In this document: one piece after another, positions 27,492 to 36,110 of the stretch
Position numbering within the stretch: the stretch's first letter is position 1
Layout: the number at the start of each line of letters is the position of its first letter
Source: Phycisphaeraceae bacterium
GTDB taxonomy: Bacteria > Planctomycetota > Phycisphaerae > Phycisphaerales > Phycisphaeraceae
NCBI GenBank assembly: GCA_049611445.1
Contig: JBMZAP010000001.1
Span: 15,308-79,307, forward strand
DNA length: 64,000 bases
Reading direction: 5' to 3'
Program-made: the position numbers and the translations under genes
The notes under the pieces: generated by a model
Databases searched by the model: none
What the model was told of the DNA's origin: nothing
What the model saw: the letters and a program-made list of their open reading frames with translations, nothing else

Positions 27492-27513
27492 TTTTCCACA
27501 GTCTTGTGGAAGA
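27492..27513. promoter_or_regulatory. inverted pair of DnaA-box-like 9-mers (TTTTCCACA gtct TGTGGAAGA)
   Basis: TTTTCCACA has 1 mismatch. The reverse complement of the second element, TCTTCCACA, has 2 mismatches. Arms TTCCACA/TGTGGAA form a perfect 7-bp palindrome with a 4-nt spacer. Confidence 0.4.
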
Positions 27514-27608
27514 GTTGGAAACGCCATGTAACACCCACGGCTGATGCGAGCACCACACAGAGGCAACACGCTTGCCCTGTCATCTACTGATCGTGTTTGG
27601 TTTGCGAC

Positions 27609-28976
27609 TCAGGCCTGCTGCTTGATCTGCTCGTTGAGCTGCTGGACTTGTGCAGCGTAGACCGGGTCGGTCTCTGAGCGGCCGTCGACGGTCTTGATCG
27701 AGTGCATGACCGTGGTGTGGTCTCGGCCACCGAAATATCCGCCGATTTCCTCGAGCGAGAAGCGCGTGTTCTTTCGGGCCAGCCACATGCAGATCTGCCT
27801 TGGCTCGGTAATCGACTTGTGCCGCCGACGCGACTGGAGGTCCTGCAGCTTGACGTTGTAGAAGCCTGTCACCGCATCGATGATCGCCTGCAGAGTGACC
27901 TGGTTGTTGCGTGGGGCGGGTGCTTCTGCGCCGAGCATTTCACGGGCCAGATCGATGCCGATGGGCAGGTTCTGCAGCTTGGCGTGGGCGATGAGGTTGG
28001 TGATCGCCCCTTCGAGTTCGCGGGCATTGGTGTCGATCCGACTCGCGATGAGTTCGATGACCTCGTCAGGCACCTCGACACTGCGCAGCTGTGCCTTGGC
28101 CTTGAGAATCGCGATACGAGTCTCGAAGCAGGGCTTGCCGACCTGCGCAACCAAGCCCCAGTTGAATCGGCTGATCAGACGCTCCTCGAGCTTGGGGATC
28201 TCGTTGGGCGCGGCGTCGGAGCTGAGCACGATTTGTTTGTTGTGCTGGTACAGCTCATTAAAGGTGTGGAAGAACTCTTCCTGGCTGCGCTCTTTGTCTG
28301 CGAGGAAGTGGATGTCGTCGATGACGAGCATGTCGACGTGGCGATAGCGTTGGTGGAACTCACTCATCTTGCCGCTTCGCACGCACTCGAAGAATTGATT
28401 CATGAACGCGTCGCAGGACACGTACAGGATCTGGTAGTCCGGGTTGGCGTTGAGGATCTTCTGACAGATCGCTTGCAGCAGGTGTGTCTTGCCCAGCCCA
28501 ACCCCGCCATGGATGAACAGCGGGTTGTAGGCCGTGCCTGGCTGGTCTGCGACCGCGACCGCAGCGGCATAGGCCAGGCGGTTGTTGGGCCCGGAGATGA
28601 AATTATCAAACGAGTAGTCCGGCGAGAGGACCATCTGGTCCACGTCGTGTTCGCCGACCATGTAATCGGGGACAGGGCGCGGGACGGCCGGTCCGCCGAC
28701 GGCTGTCGCCACAGGTTTGGATGAGCGAGTGGATTCACTGACAAACTTCACGCCGACCAAGGCCCCGGTGGCGTGCTGTGCGGCCTCGTTGAACGGGTCC
28801 AGACACTTGTTCTGCAGATAGTTCTGCTGCACGTTGGTCGCGGTCTGGATCTCCAACCACCCCGAGTCCATGCCGACCGGCTCGAGTTCTTCGAACCATT
28901 GTCGACAGATCGGTCCGTGGTTCTCACGGAGGTAGTCCATCAGACGCTGCCACTGCGCGCTGTCCAGTCGGGTCAT
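27609..28976 (-). CDS. dnaA: chromosomal replication initiator DnaA
   Basis: Walker A GGVGLGKTHLLQAI, Walker B MLVIDDIHF, sensor LSSDAAPNEI, and the C-terminal DNA-binding signature ITEPRQICMWLARKNT...IGGYFGGRDHTTVMH. I prefer ATG 28976, which has GGAG 8-11 nt upstream, over the track TTG 28994. Confidence 0.95.
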   Translation of the reverse strand: MTRLDSAQWQRLMDYLRENHGPICRQWFEELEPVGMDSGWLEIQTATNVQQNYLQNKCLDPFNEAAQHATGALVGVKFVSESTRSSKPVATAVGGPAVPRPVPDYMVGEHDVDQMVLSPDYSFDNFISGPNNRLAYAAAVAVADQPGTAYNPLFIHGGVGLGKTHLLQAICQKILNANPDYQILYVSCDAFMNQFFECVRSGKMSEFHQRYRHVDMLVIDDIHFLADKERSQEEFFHTFNELYQHNKQIVLSSDAAPNEIPKLEERLISRFNWGLVAQVGKPCFETRIAILKAKAQLRSVEVPDEVIELIASRIDTNARELEGAITNLIAHAKLQNLPIGIDLAREMLGAEAPAPRNNQVTLQAIIDAVTGFYNVKLQDLQSRRRHKSITEPRQICMWLARKNTRFSLEEIGGYFGGRDHTTVMHSIKTVDGRSETDPVYAAQVQQLNEQIKQQA

Positions 28977-29233
28977 CGCGGCTCCGAAAATCAATACACC
29001 ATTTTTAACCGTGGGTCACACTAAGGCCGGTCGGGCTGGGGCTGCCTCGGTTGGCCGTGAACGCACACGGCATAGAAATCACTAACGCAACGGTAAAGCT
29101 AACGGCTGCAGCACCACCGTGTCAATACAACATCTCCACATTTACCGACTTGACAAACGCACAACTACAGCGCCCGCGCTAACCCCACGAAAAACAGTCA
29201 TGTGAAGTGTTCGATAGCCCATGCGGTGTCAGC

Positions 29234-29242
29234 TTATCAACA
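29234..29242 (+). promoter_or_regulatory. DnaA-box-like 9-mer TTATCAACA upstream of dnaA
   Basis: One mismatch to TTATCCACA. Weaker relatives are ATCTCCACA at 29132-29140 and TTATCCTGT at 29284-29292. Confidence 0.3.
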
Positions 29243-29339
29243 TAAGACCCACACTCAGACGCTTTTGTTCCTGTGTGAACGTTTTATCCTGTCAAACACA
29301 GCGCGTCATTGAAGCCGCTTGCCGATATCATCGCATGTC

Positions 29340-31589
29340 ATGTCGTTACGTCGAAAGGTCATGTTGACCCTGTTGATCGCGGCGGTGTTGCCGATGCTTG
29401 CGGTGCGCACAGTGCAGGCGGTCTCGATCTATCGCCTGCAGAGCAAGGTCGCCCAGGAAACGCGCGAACAACTCAACAACCAGGCCCAGAAGGACATGCG
29501 CCATTCCGTGGAGGGGTACGCCCGGTCATTGGACCAGGTCGGCCGCCTGGGCCTGGCGCTCTTGAACAATCAAGCAACACAGGCCGAGATACGCTTGGCC
29601 GCACCCGCCAGACCGAACCCGGTCAAGGTGCCGAGCATTCAGGAGTTTGCTGCTTTCGAGCAGCAAGGCACGGGCCCATACAAAATCGAGTCAAGCCTGC
29701 GTCACGCGGTCGTAACCGATCAAGGTGAATTGCAGCCTTTGATGGTGAGTTACGACACACAGGTCTACCTGTCATTCGAAACGCTGGTCACACAGGAATC
29801 TCAAGAACAACTGGACAAACTCGGCGGCATGACGCGCGTTTATCGCGAGATCCACGACAAAGTCGACGAGACGATTCTCTGGCAGTACACGACGCTCGAT
29901 TCGGGTATGCACTTTTCTTATCCGGCGAAATCAGTTTATCCCGAAGGCTACAACCCGAAGGATCAGGACTGGTACCAGCGTGCGATCAAGGCGCGGCGTG
30001 CGGTGACCAGTGCGCCGTATGTTGATGCGTCAACAGATCAACTCGTGATCACCTTTGCGCAGCCGATCATGGGACGCAATCGGGCGATTCAGGGCGTGAC
30101 GGCGTTGGACCTGCGCGTCAGCAAACTACTGGATCCGGATGCGCTCAGCACCCAGTGGGCTGATGAAGCAAACGTCGTGATTGTCTCCAGCCACCCGGCG
30201 CGCGATCGGCGTGTGCCTCGACTCCGCCCGCTTCAACGCACTGGACCGACCGACAATCCCGATCGGGTTCTTGATACGTCCTATCCCGCCGACACCTATA
30301 TCGTCGCCGACTTGATACACGGGCACCGTGATCGTCTGGACAGACAGGTCATCGAGACCGTTAACTACGACAGCGCGGAAGACCGGAAAACGGTTGCGAA
30401 CGATCTGGTCAACGGTGTCTCAGGCGTTCGGCGGGTCTTCATTGATGGACAGGACCGGATGATCGCCTATGGCCAGATCGGCAGCGGCGAAGAGGGGCGG
30501 CCTGTCTTTGCAATGATCATCGTCCCAACGCGCACGATTCAGGAGCCGGCCGAACGGACAGTCCAGCAGATGCACGCGAACCTGACCGCGTCGCTGGTTA
30601 CGACCGGGGGGATCCTGGTCGTGCTGCTTATCATCGTGTTTGGCAGCGCGTACTTCATGTCCTTCCGCATTACCCGGCCGATCACTGAACTGGCCGATGC
30701 ATCCAATCGTGTCGCGGAGGGAGATCTGGATACGAAGGTCAGGGTCAAGGGCAAAGACGAGTTAGGACAGCTCGGTATCGCGTTCAACCAGATGGTGCCG
30801 GCCCTGCGTGACCGGATGAAGATGCGTGAGTCGCTGCACGTGGCGATGCAGGTTCAGCAGAGCCTGCTGCCGAATCATCCGCCGAAGATGAAGGGGCTGG
30901 ATATTGCCGGGCACAGTGAATATTGCGACGAGACCGGCGGCGACTACTACGACTTTATCCAGCTCGATCAGCTCGGTCCTGACAGCCTGGCCATCGCCGT
31001 TGGCGACGTCACCGGGCATGGCATCGCGGCCGCCCTGCTCATGGCTACCGGCCGGGCCCTGATTCGCAGCCACGCCAACACCACCAATTCACTGGGTGAG
31101 GTCTTTACCGCGGTCAATCAGCAGCTCTGTGACAGCGAGTTCACAGGCCGGTTCATGACCGTCATGTACCTGATCGTTGAGAACCCCGGCGAGACAGATG
31201 GGCCTATCCGTATTCGCTATATGTCCGCTGGGCACGACCCGGTCGTGGTGTATCGACCCAGTGATGACAGCTTCTTTGAGCTTGCAGGACACGACATCCC
31301 CTTGGGGATCGACAGCGACTGGCAGTACAACGAGCAACTCTCCGATGCGCTGCAGGAAGGCGACATCCTTGTCGTAGGCACCGACGGGGTCTGGGAGTGC
31401 TTTAATTCTGACGATGAACAGTTCGGCAAGGACCGGATGCGCGAGGCGATTCGGTTGTCAGGTCATGGCAGTGCCCAGGACATTGCAAAAGCGGTAAGCA
31501 AGGCCTGTGAGCAGTGGCGCGGCGAACGCGAACAACTCGACGACATCACGCTTGTCGTGGTGAAGCTTGATAGCTCGCTGAATCATTAG
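29340..31589 (+). CDS. membrane sensor PP2C (SpoIIE/RsbU-type) phosphatase with Cache-like and HAMP domains
   Basis: N-terminal TM, a periplasmic region with DWYQRAI and DQLVITFAQPI (Cache-like), a second TM, HAMP (ITRPITELADASNRVAEGDLD), and PP2C motifs GGDYYDF, GDVTGHGIAAALLM, GTDGVWE. Trimmed to ATG 29340. Confidence 0.85.
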   Translation: MSLRRKVMLTLLIAAVLPMLAVRTVQAVSIYRLQSKVAQETREQLNNQAQKDMRHSVEGYARSLDQVGRLGLALLNNQATQAEIRLAAPARPNPVKVPSIQEFAAFEQQGTGPYKIESSLRHAVVTDQGELQPLMVSYDTQVYLSFETLVTQESQEQLDKLGGMTRVYREIHDKVDETILWQYTTLDSGMHFSYPAKSVYPEGYNPKDQDWYQRAIKARRAVTSAPYVDASTDQLVITFAQPIMGRNRAIQGVTALDLRVSKLLDPDALSTQWADEANVVIVSSHPARDRRVPRLRPLQRTGPTDNPDRVLDTSYPADTYIVADLIHGHRDRLDRQVIETVNYDSAEDRKTVANDLVNGVSGVRRVFIDGQDRMIAYGQIGSGEEGRPVFAMIIVPTRTIQEPAERTVQQMHANLTASLVTTGGILVVLLIIVFGSAYFMSFRITRPITELADASNRVAEGDLDTKVRVKGKDELGQLGIAFNQMVPALRDRMKMRESLHVAMQVQQSLLPNHPPKMKGLDIAGHSEYCDETGGDYYDFIQLDQLGPDSLAIAVGDVTGHGIAAALLMATGRALIRSHANTTNSLGEVFTAVNQQLCDSEFTGRFMTVMYLIVENPGETDGPIRIRYMSAGHDPVVVYRPSDDSFFELAGHDIPLGIDSDWQYNEQLSDALQEGDILVVGTDGVWECFNSDDEQFGKDRMREAIRLSGHGSAQDIAKAVSKACEQWRGEREQLDDITLVVVKLDSSLNH

Positions 31590-31653
31590 TTTGTATGATA
31601 TTGTTACGCTTCAGGGCCTGCTCAACCCTTGAAACGGTGGCAGCACTCAACCC

Positions 31654-33132
31654 GTGATCGCGTTTGACAGTTATCAGTGCGAAGGCTTCTTTGACGAGAT
31701 GTTTGATGCGCAGGGCCAAGTTCGCCCTGAGGCGAGGCTCCTTGTTGATTTGGTCCAATCTCTTCCAGAAGGTGAACTCGAGTCGCGTAAGGCCGCAATC
31801 GAGCGTGCGATGTATCGGCTTGGTGTCACATTTACGGTTTATGGCGACGAGGCGGGCACAGAGAAAATCTTTCCCTTTGACATCATTCCACGAATGATTA
31901 GTGCCGCAGAGTGGGTTCGTATTGAACAGGGCTTGAAGCAGCGCATTAAAGCTTTGAACATGCTGGTTGATGATATCTATCACGACCAGAACATCATCAA
32001 TGATGGCATTATTCCGAGGCATATCCTCGAGATGGCCGATTCCTATCGACCACAGTGCTGCGGGCTTAATCCGCCTCACGCAATTTGGTGTCACATCGTT
32101 GGGACCGACCTGATTCGTGGTGGTGACGGCAAGGTCTATGTTCTTGAAGACAATCTGCGATGCCCCTCGGGAGTTTCTTATGTGTTGCAGAATCGTATGC
32201 TTATGAAGCGTTCATTCCCAGGCATATTCGAAGGTTCAAAAATTAAGCCGGTCTTCGATTATGCCGCTCGTTTATATGAGACACTTGCATATCTTGCTCC
32301 TGAGAGAATTCGTAATCCAACCGTCGCTGTGCTTACGCCGGGTGTCTACAACTCTGCCTACTACGAGCATTCGTTTCTCGCACAGCAGATGGGTGTCGAG
32401 CTAGTTGAAGGTCGAGACCTTGTTATTCAGGATGGCTTTGTTTACATGCGGACCACTGACGGTCTGCAGCGTGTGGATGTGTTGTACCGCCGTATTGATG
32501 ACGACTTCATGGACCCACTTGCTTTCCGTGAGGACTCAATGCTTGGCGTACCTGGACTCATGCAAGCTTACCGTGAGGGCAATATCGCGCTAGCGAACGC
32601 ACCTGGAGGTGGCGTTGCCGATGACAAGGTTATGTACGCCTTTGTGCCTGACGCCATACGCTACTACCTCAACGAAGAACCTATCCTCGCAAATGTCCCA
32701 ACTTATCTTGCCGTCAAGGAAGATGACAAACAGTTCATGCTTGAAAACCTTGGCGAATTGGTTATTAAGGCTGCGAATGAGTCTGGCGGCTATGGCATGC
32801 TAATGGGCCCAAGCTCCACTAAGGAAGAGCGAGATGTCTTTGCACGCAAGATCGAAGAAAACCCTCGGAATTACATTGGCCAGCCGGTTGTTTCACTTTC
32901 TCGCGTACCAACCATGATCGATGGGTACGGTGAAAAACCCCACTTCGAAGGTCGACATGTTGATCTTCGCCCCTACATACTCTATAGCAAGGACATCTGG
33001 GTTATGCCAGGAGGTCTAACGCGCGTTGCTTTGAAGAAGGGCTCGCTTGTGGTGAATTCGTCGCAGGGCGGGGGCAGCAAGGATACGTGGGTTGTTGAAG
33101 CAAATGGTTTGTCAGGTAAGGAGCGTGAATGA
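31654..33132 (+). CDS. circularly permuted type-2 ATP-grasp protein (DUF404/DUF407, COG2308)
   Basis: GTG start. MIAFDSYQCEGFFDEMFDAQGQVRPEAR..., VLEDNLRCPSGVSYVLQNR, IALANAPGGGVADDK, VIKAANESGGYGMLMG and GGLTRVAL are as remembered for this family. Confidence 0.9.
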   Translation: MIAFDSYQCEGFFDEMFDAQGQVRPEARLLVDLVQSLPEGELESRKAAIERAMYRLGVTFTVYGDEAGTEKIFPFDIIPRMISAAEWVRIEQGLKQRIKALNMLVDDIYHDQNIINDGIIPRHILEMADSYRPQCCGLNPPHAIWCHIVGTDLIRGGDGKVYVLEDNLRCPSGVSYVLQNRMLMKRSFPGIFEGSKIKPVFDYAARLYETLAYLAPERIRNPTVAVLTPGVYNSAYYEHSFLAQQMGVELVEGRDLVIQDGFVYMRTTDGLQRVDVLYRRIDDDFMDPLAFREDSMLGVPGLMQAYREGNIALANAPGGGVADDKVMYAFVPDAIRYYLNEEPILANVPTYLAVKEDDKQFMLENLGELVIKAANESGGYGMLMGPSSTKEERDVFARKIEENPRNYIGQPVVSLSRVPTMIDGYGEKPHFEGRHVDLRPYILYSKDIWVMPGGLTRVALKKGSLVVNSSQGGGSKDTWVVEANGLSGKERE

Positions 33133-33133
33133 G

Positions 33134-34168
33134 ATGCTTAGCCGTGTGGCGGATTCGATTTACTGGATAGCACGTTACGTCGAGCGTGCTGATCACTTGG
33201 CACGCTTCATCGATGTAACGCGTGAATTTGTTCTTGACCTACCATCTGGTAAGGACCAGTGGCTACCGTTGATTTTAGTCACTGGTGATGAGTCATTGTT
33301 CTTCGATCGTTTTGATACTGCGGATGCTGATAGCGTTATCAAATTTTTGACCATCGATAAACAGTACGTCGGCTCAATTATTTGTTCTTTAGATCAGGCT
33401 CGCGAGAATGCCCGCTCAGTTCGAGAGACGATTGCCTCGGAGATGTGGGAGCAAATAAACGACTTCTATCACTGGTTCCATGATGAAAGTCGGGGTAATG
33501 GGATGCTGATGCGTGAGCCCGGCGACTTCTATCGCATCGTCATGCAGCAGTGCATGCTCTTTCATGGGATTACCGATGCCACGATGTCTCGCGGCTTGGG
33601 CTGGCACTTCGCGAACCTTGGTAGACAACTTGAGCGTGCTGATAAGATTGGTCGATTGCTTGATGTAAAGTACTTCACACTTTTACCTAAGGTCCAAGAC
33701 GTTAATACGCCACTGGACAATATGCAGTGGTCTACCCTGTTGCGTTCTGTCTCTGGTTTTGAGATGTATCGCAAACGGTATCAGGAGATCGAGGTCCGTC
33801 ATGTTGTAGATTTCCTCGTGCTTGACCGCTTGTTCCCACGTTCTGTTCAGTATTGCTTATTTGAAGCCGAGCGGTCATTGCATGCGATTACAGGCTGTCC
33901 AATTGGCGCATTCAGTTGCCGAAGTGAGCAACTGCTTGGTCGGCTCTGTGCAGATATGTCCTATACTGAGATTGACACGATCATTGAGAGTGGGCTGCAC
34001 GAATTTATCGATGACTTTCAGGCTCAGCTTAATCAGGTTGGTGACGCGGTATTCGATCGTTTCTTTGCCGTCTCCCCCACAGCTGAGCCCAAGAATGAGT
34101 TACAGGAGTACAGTGGCGATATTTCTCCAGAACTGTTGAAACAATCGCACCTGCAACGCAATCTTTAG
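33134..34168 (+). CDS. alpha-E domain protein (DUF403, COG2307)
   Basis: Trimmed to ATG 33134, 1 nt after the ATP-grasp stop. MLSRVADSIYWIARYVERADHLARF and GLGWHFANLGRQLERADKIGRLLDVKY are characteristic alpha-E motifs. Confidence 0.9.
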   Translation: MLSRVADSIYWIARYVERADHLARFIDVTREFVLDLPSGKDQWLPLILVTGDESLFFDRFDTADADSVIKFLTIDKQYVGSIICSLDQARENARSVRETIASEMWEQINDFYHWFHDESRGNGMLMREPGDFYRIVMQQCMLFHGITDATMSRGLGWHFANLGRQLERADKIGRLLDVKYFTLLPKVQDVNTPLDNMQWSTLLRSVSGFEMYRKRYQEIEVRHVVDFLVLDRLFPRSVQYCLFEAERSLHAITGCPIGAFSCRSEQLLGRLCADMSYTEIDTIIESGLHEFIDDFQAQLNQVGDAVFDRFFAVSPTAEPKNELQEYSGDISPELLKQSHLQRNL

Positions 34169-34201
34169 CCCAGCAGACATTCTGATTAAAACAATATTCT
34201 G

Positions 34202-35305
34202 CTAAGAGAAGTTTTCAAGTGCACTGATCTTTGATACGACTTGCTCTGCACTGGCGATTGTCTTCTGCACATATCGAAGCTTATTGATCACCGGACCGCG
34301 GAATGACCGGCCCATTAGATCCTTGAGCCCCATGTCGCGATTGATCTCATTCAGTACCGTGCCCAGACGGATGAATTCACGAACCATCTGGCTGATATCC
34401 ATTTCACTTAACAAGTCCGATCCACTACGAATGCCCATGTGGTAGGACGTATCCAGCACTGCTACAACCTCTAAATAGGTTGCGAACGTCTCAGCAAAGT
34501 CTTCCCAGGGATGCATCGATGCGTACGCGCTGACGTAGTGTTCTCGCCAGTCGGCTGGGGGGCCCTCGCGGTAGTAGCAGTCGATTGCCTCGTGGTATGG
34601 AGGGATGAGGTGGCTTCCAAACACTGCAGCAAAAGCATCTTCATCCTGCTCTTTGACCAAAAGGTCCCAATAGTAATGCGCCAGTTCGTGTCGGAAGTGC
34701 CCGACGAGCGATCGATTACGTTCGCCAAATTGCACACGAAGACGTTCACGTTCGACGGGATCAGCCTCGTGAATATTGATCGTTATGACGCCATTGAGGT
34801 GGCCGGTCATGACGACTTCTTCTTCGTCCAGCAAGGCGGAAGTTGTGACACTGCCCGGCTCAGGTGCTTGCACCGTGTGAGGCTCTTTAAATTCAAACGA
34901 CAGCGGCGGAGTGTAGCCTTCTTCAACAGTGCCGCGAGGCAGGCCCAGTAGATTCAGATAATAGAAGGCACGGCGCTTAGCGCGTTCGAGACGCTGCCAC
35001 TTGATACGGTTATCGCCTTTATCCAGGTCGGGGATAATTGTATTGAACCTGCAGCAATCACAGAATTTTTCACTCGAGTCGGCCGCTATGCAGCGGTTAC
35101 AGACGCTCTCGACAGAGTAGTTGTGGCATTTCCGGAGTTCTGTCCCACAATTCATGTTGCCGCACCGGTAACCTAATGCTTCGCTACCGATCAGCGCAAC
35201 CAGCCTATTGCATGCCGGGCAGTATCCCAGCTCGCGTGAGCAGGAGATGCACTGTGAGTTGTCGTAGAAGACAGTCTCATGGCATAGGCAATGGAATCGT
35301 CGCAT
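34202..35305 (-). CDS. zinc-ribbon plus putative zinc metallopeptidase (DUF2248 / Peptidase_Mx-like)
   Basis: The N-terminus is Cys-rich (CLCHETVFYDNSQCISC, CPACN, CGNMNC, CNRC, CDCC). HEXXH lies in GHFRHELAHYYWD, with a downstream WEDFAETFA. Confidence 0.8.
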   Translation of the reverse strand: MRRFHCLCHETVFYDNSQCISCSRELGYCPACNRLVALIGSEALGYRCGNMNCGTELRKCHNYSVESVCNRCIAADSSEKFCDCCRFNTIIPDLDKGDNRIKWQRLERAKRRAFYYLNLLGLPRGTVEEGYTPPLSFEFKEPHTVQAPEPGSVTTSALLDEEEVVMTGHLNGVITINIHEADPVERERLRVQFGERNRSLVGHFRHELAHYYWDLLVKEQDEDAFAAVFGSHLIPPYHEAIDCYYREGPPADWREHYVSAYASMHPWEDFAETFATYLEVVAVLDTSYHMGIRSGSDLLSEMDISQMVREFIRLGTVLNEINRDMGLKDLMGRSFRGPVINKLRYVQKTIASAEQVVSKISALENFS

Positions 35306-35357
35306 AGTGCTTGTAGTTCGAGAGGATCAACTGACACATTGTAAGGCTATAAATAAA

Positions 35358-35376
35358 CCGTCGCGATCTGCGACGG
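35358..35376 (-). terminator. rho-independent-like terminator after the 35416..35877 gene
   Basis: CCGTCGC-gatct-GCGACGG stem-loop. On the minus strand it is followed by TTTATTT (plus-strand aaataaa at 35351-35357). Confidence 0.5.
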
Positions 35377-35415
35377 CTTATAAACGTTTAACTTATGCAG
35401 CAAGAGTGCGTTTGA

Positions 35416-35877
35416 TTAAAACACCGGCTCTTTTTCATCCTTGGGCAGGATGACGATCATGCGCGGGTTGTCGCAGGGGGGCAGTGCATCGCGGAGGTCG
35501 ATGGCCTGCTCGGTCGTGGTCTCGGGAAAGTAATCATTGATCACGCTGGCCAGCAGTGGGCCGGTCATCTCGCCGCGGAGGTTCAGCGGGAGGATCTCGA
35601 TCTCGGGCATCGGCTGATGCTGCATGTGCTCATTGAAGTAGTAGTCGTGATAGTCGGCCGGATACGACGACACATAGCGTGTCGTGTATGGGCTGTGCTC
35701 CTTGGGCAGCGGCGTCAGTGAGCCGAGCATCACCTGCAACATGATCGCGAGCGTAGGTACGGCCAGGCTAAAGTGCCAGACGCGGTATCCCTGCTTTCGC
35801 TTGATCTTTTTCGAGCCTCGCGATGATTTCAAAGCTTTGCGTTTCATCGTGTACTTTCTCTTCATGCCTGATGGCAC
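35416..35877 (-). CDS. hypothetical single-pass membrane protein with a K/R-rich N-terminus
   Basis: 153-aa ORF. Basic N-terminus (KRKYTMKRKALKSSRGSKKIKRKQ) and one TM (FSLAVPTLAIMLQVMLGSL). No family recognised. Start uncertain. Confidence 0.45.
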   Translation of the reverse strand: MPSGMKRKYTMKRKALKSSRGSKKIKRKQGYRVWHFSLAVPTLAIMLQVMLGSLTPLPKEHSPYTTRYVSSYPADYHDYYFNEHMQHQPMPEIEILPLNLRGEMTGPLLASVINDYFPETTTEQAIDLRDALPPCDNPRMIVILPKDEKEPVF

Positions 35878-36110
35878 GCCCCGGTTAGGCCAACACCACT
35901 TTAGCGAACCATCTCGGTCGGCGGCAAGGGTCTTAGCAGGGTTTTCTCAATCATTCAGCTGGCAGGCCGCCATACCGAGAGATAAGACCGATCTCGGCAG
36001 TAAAAGTTTCGGCGATTTCGGCATTTTTATGAAGTCCATCACGCTTTTATTGCGTTTAATCAAACATAAGGACTATGCTGAGCCAGGAATAACACGCCTG
36101 CGTACTACGT

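Noticed and set aside
29309-29728. 139-aa ORF overlapping the start of the Cache-HAMP-PP2C gene in another frame.
   Set aside because: Its composition is Gly/Arg/Pro-rich with no motifs. The overlapping frame has a coherent TM, Cache, HAMP and PP2C architecture.
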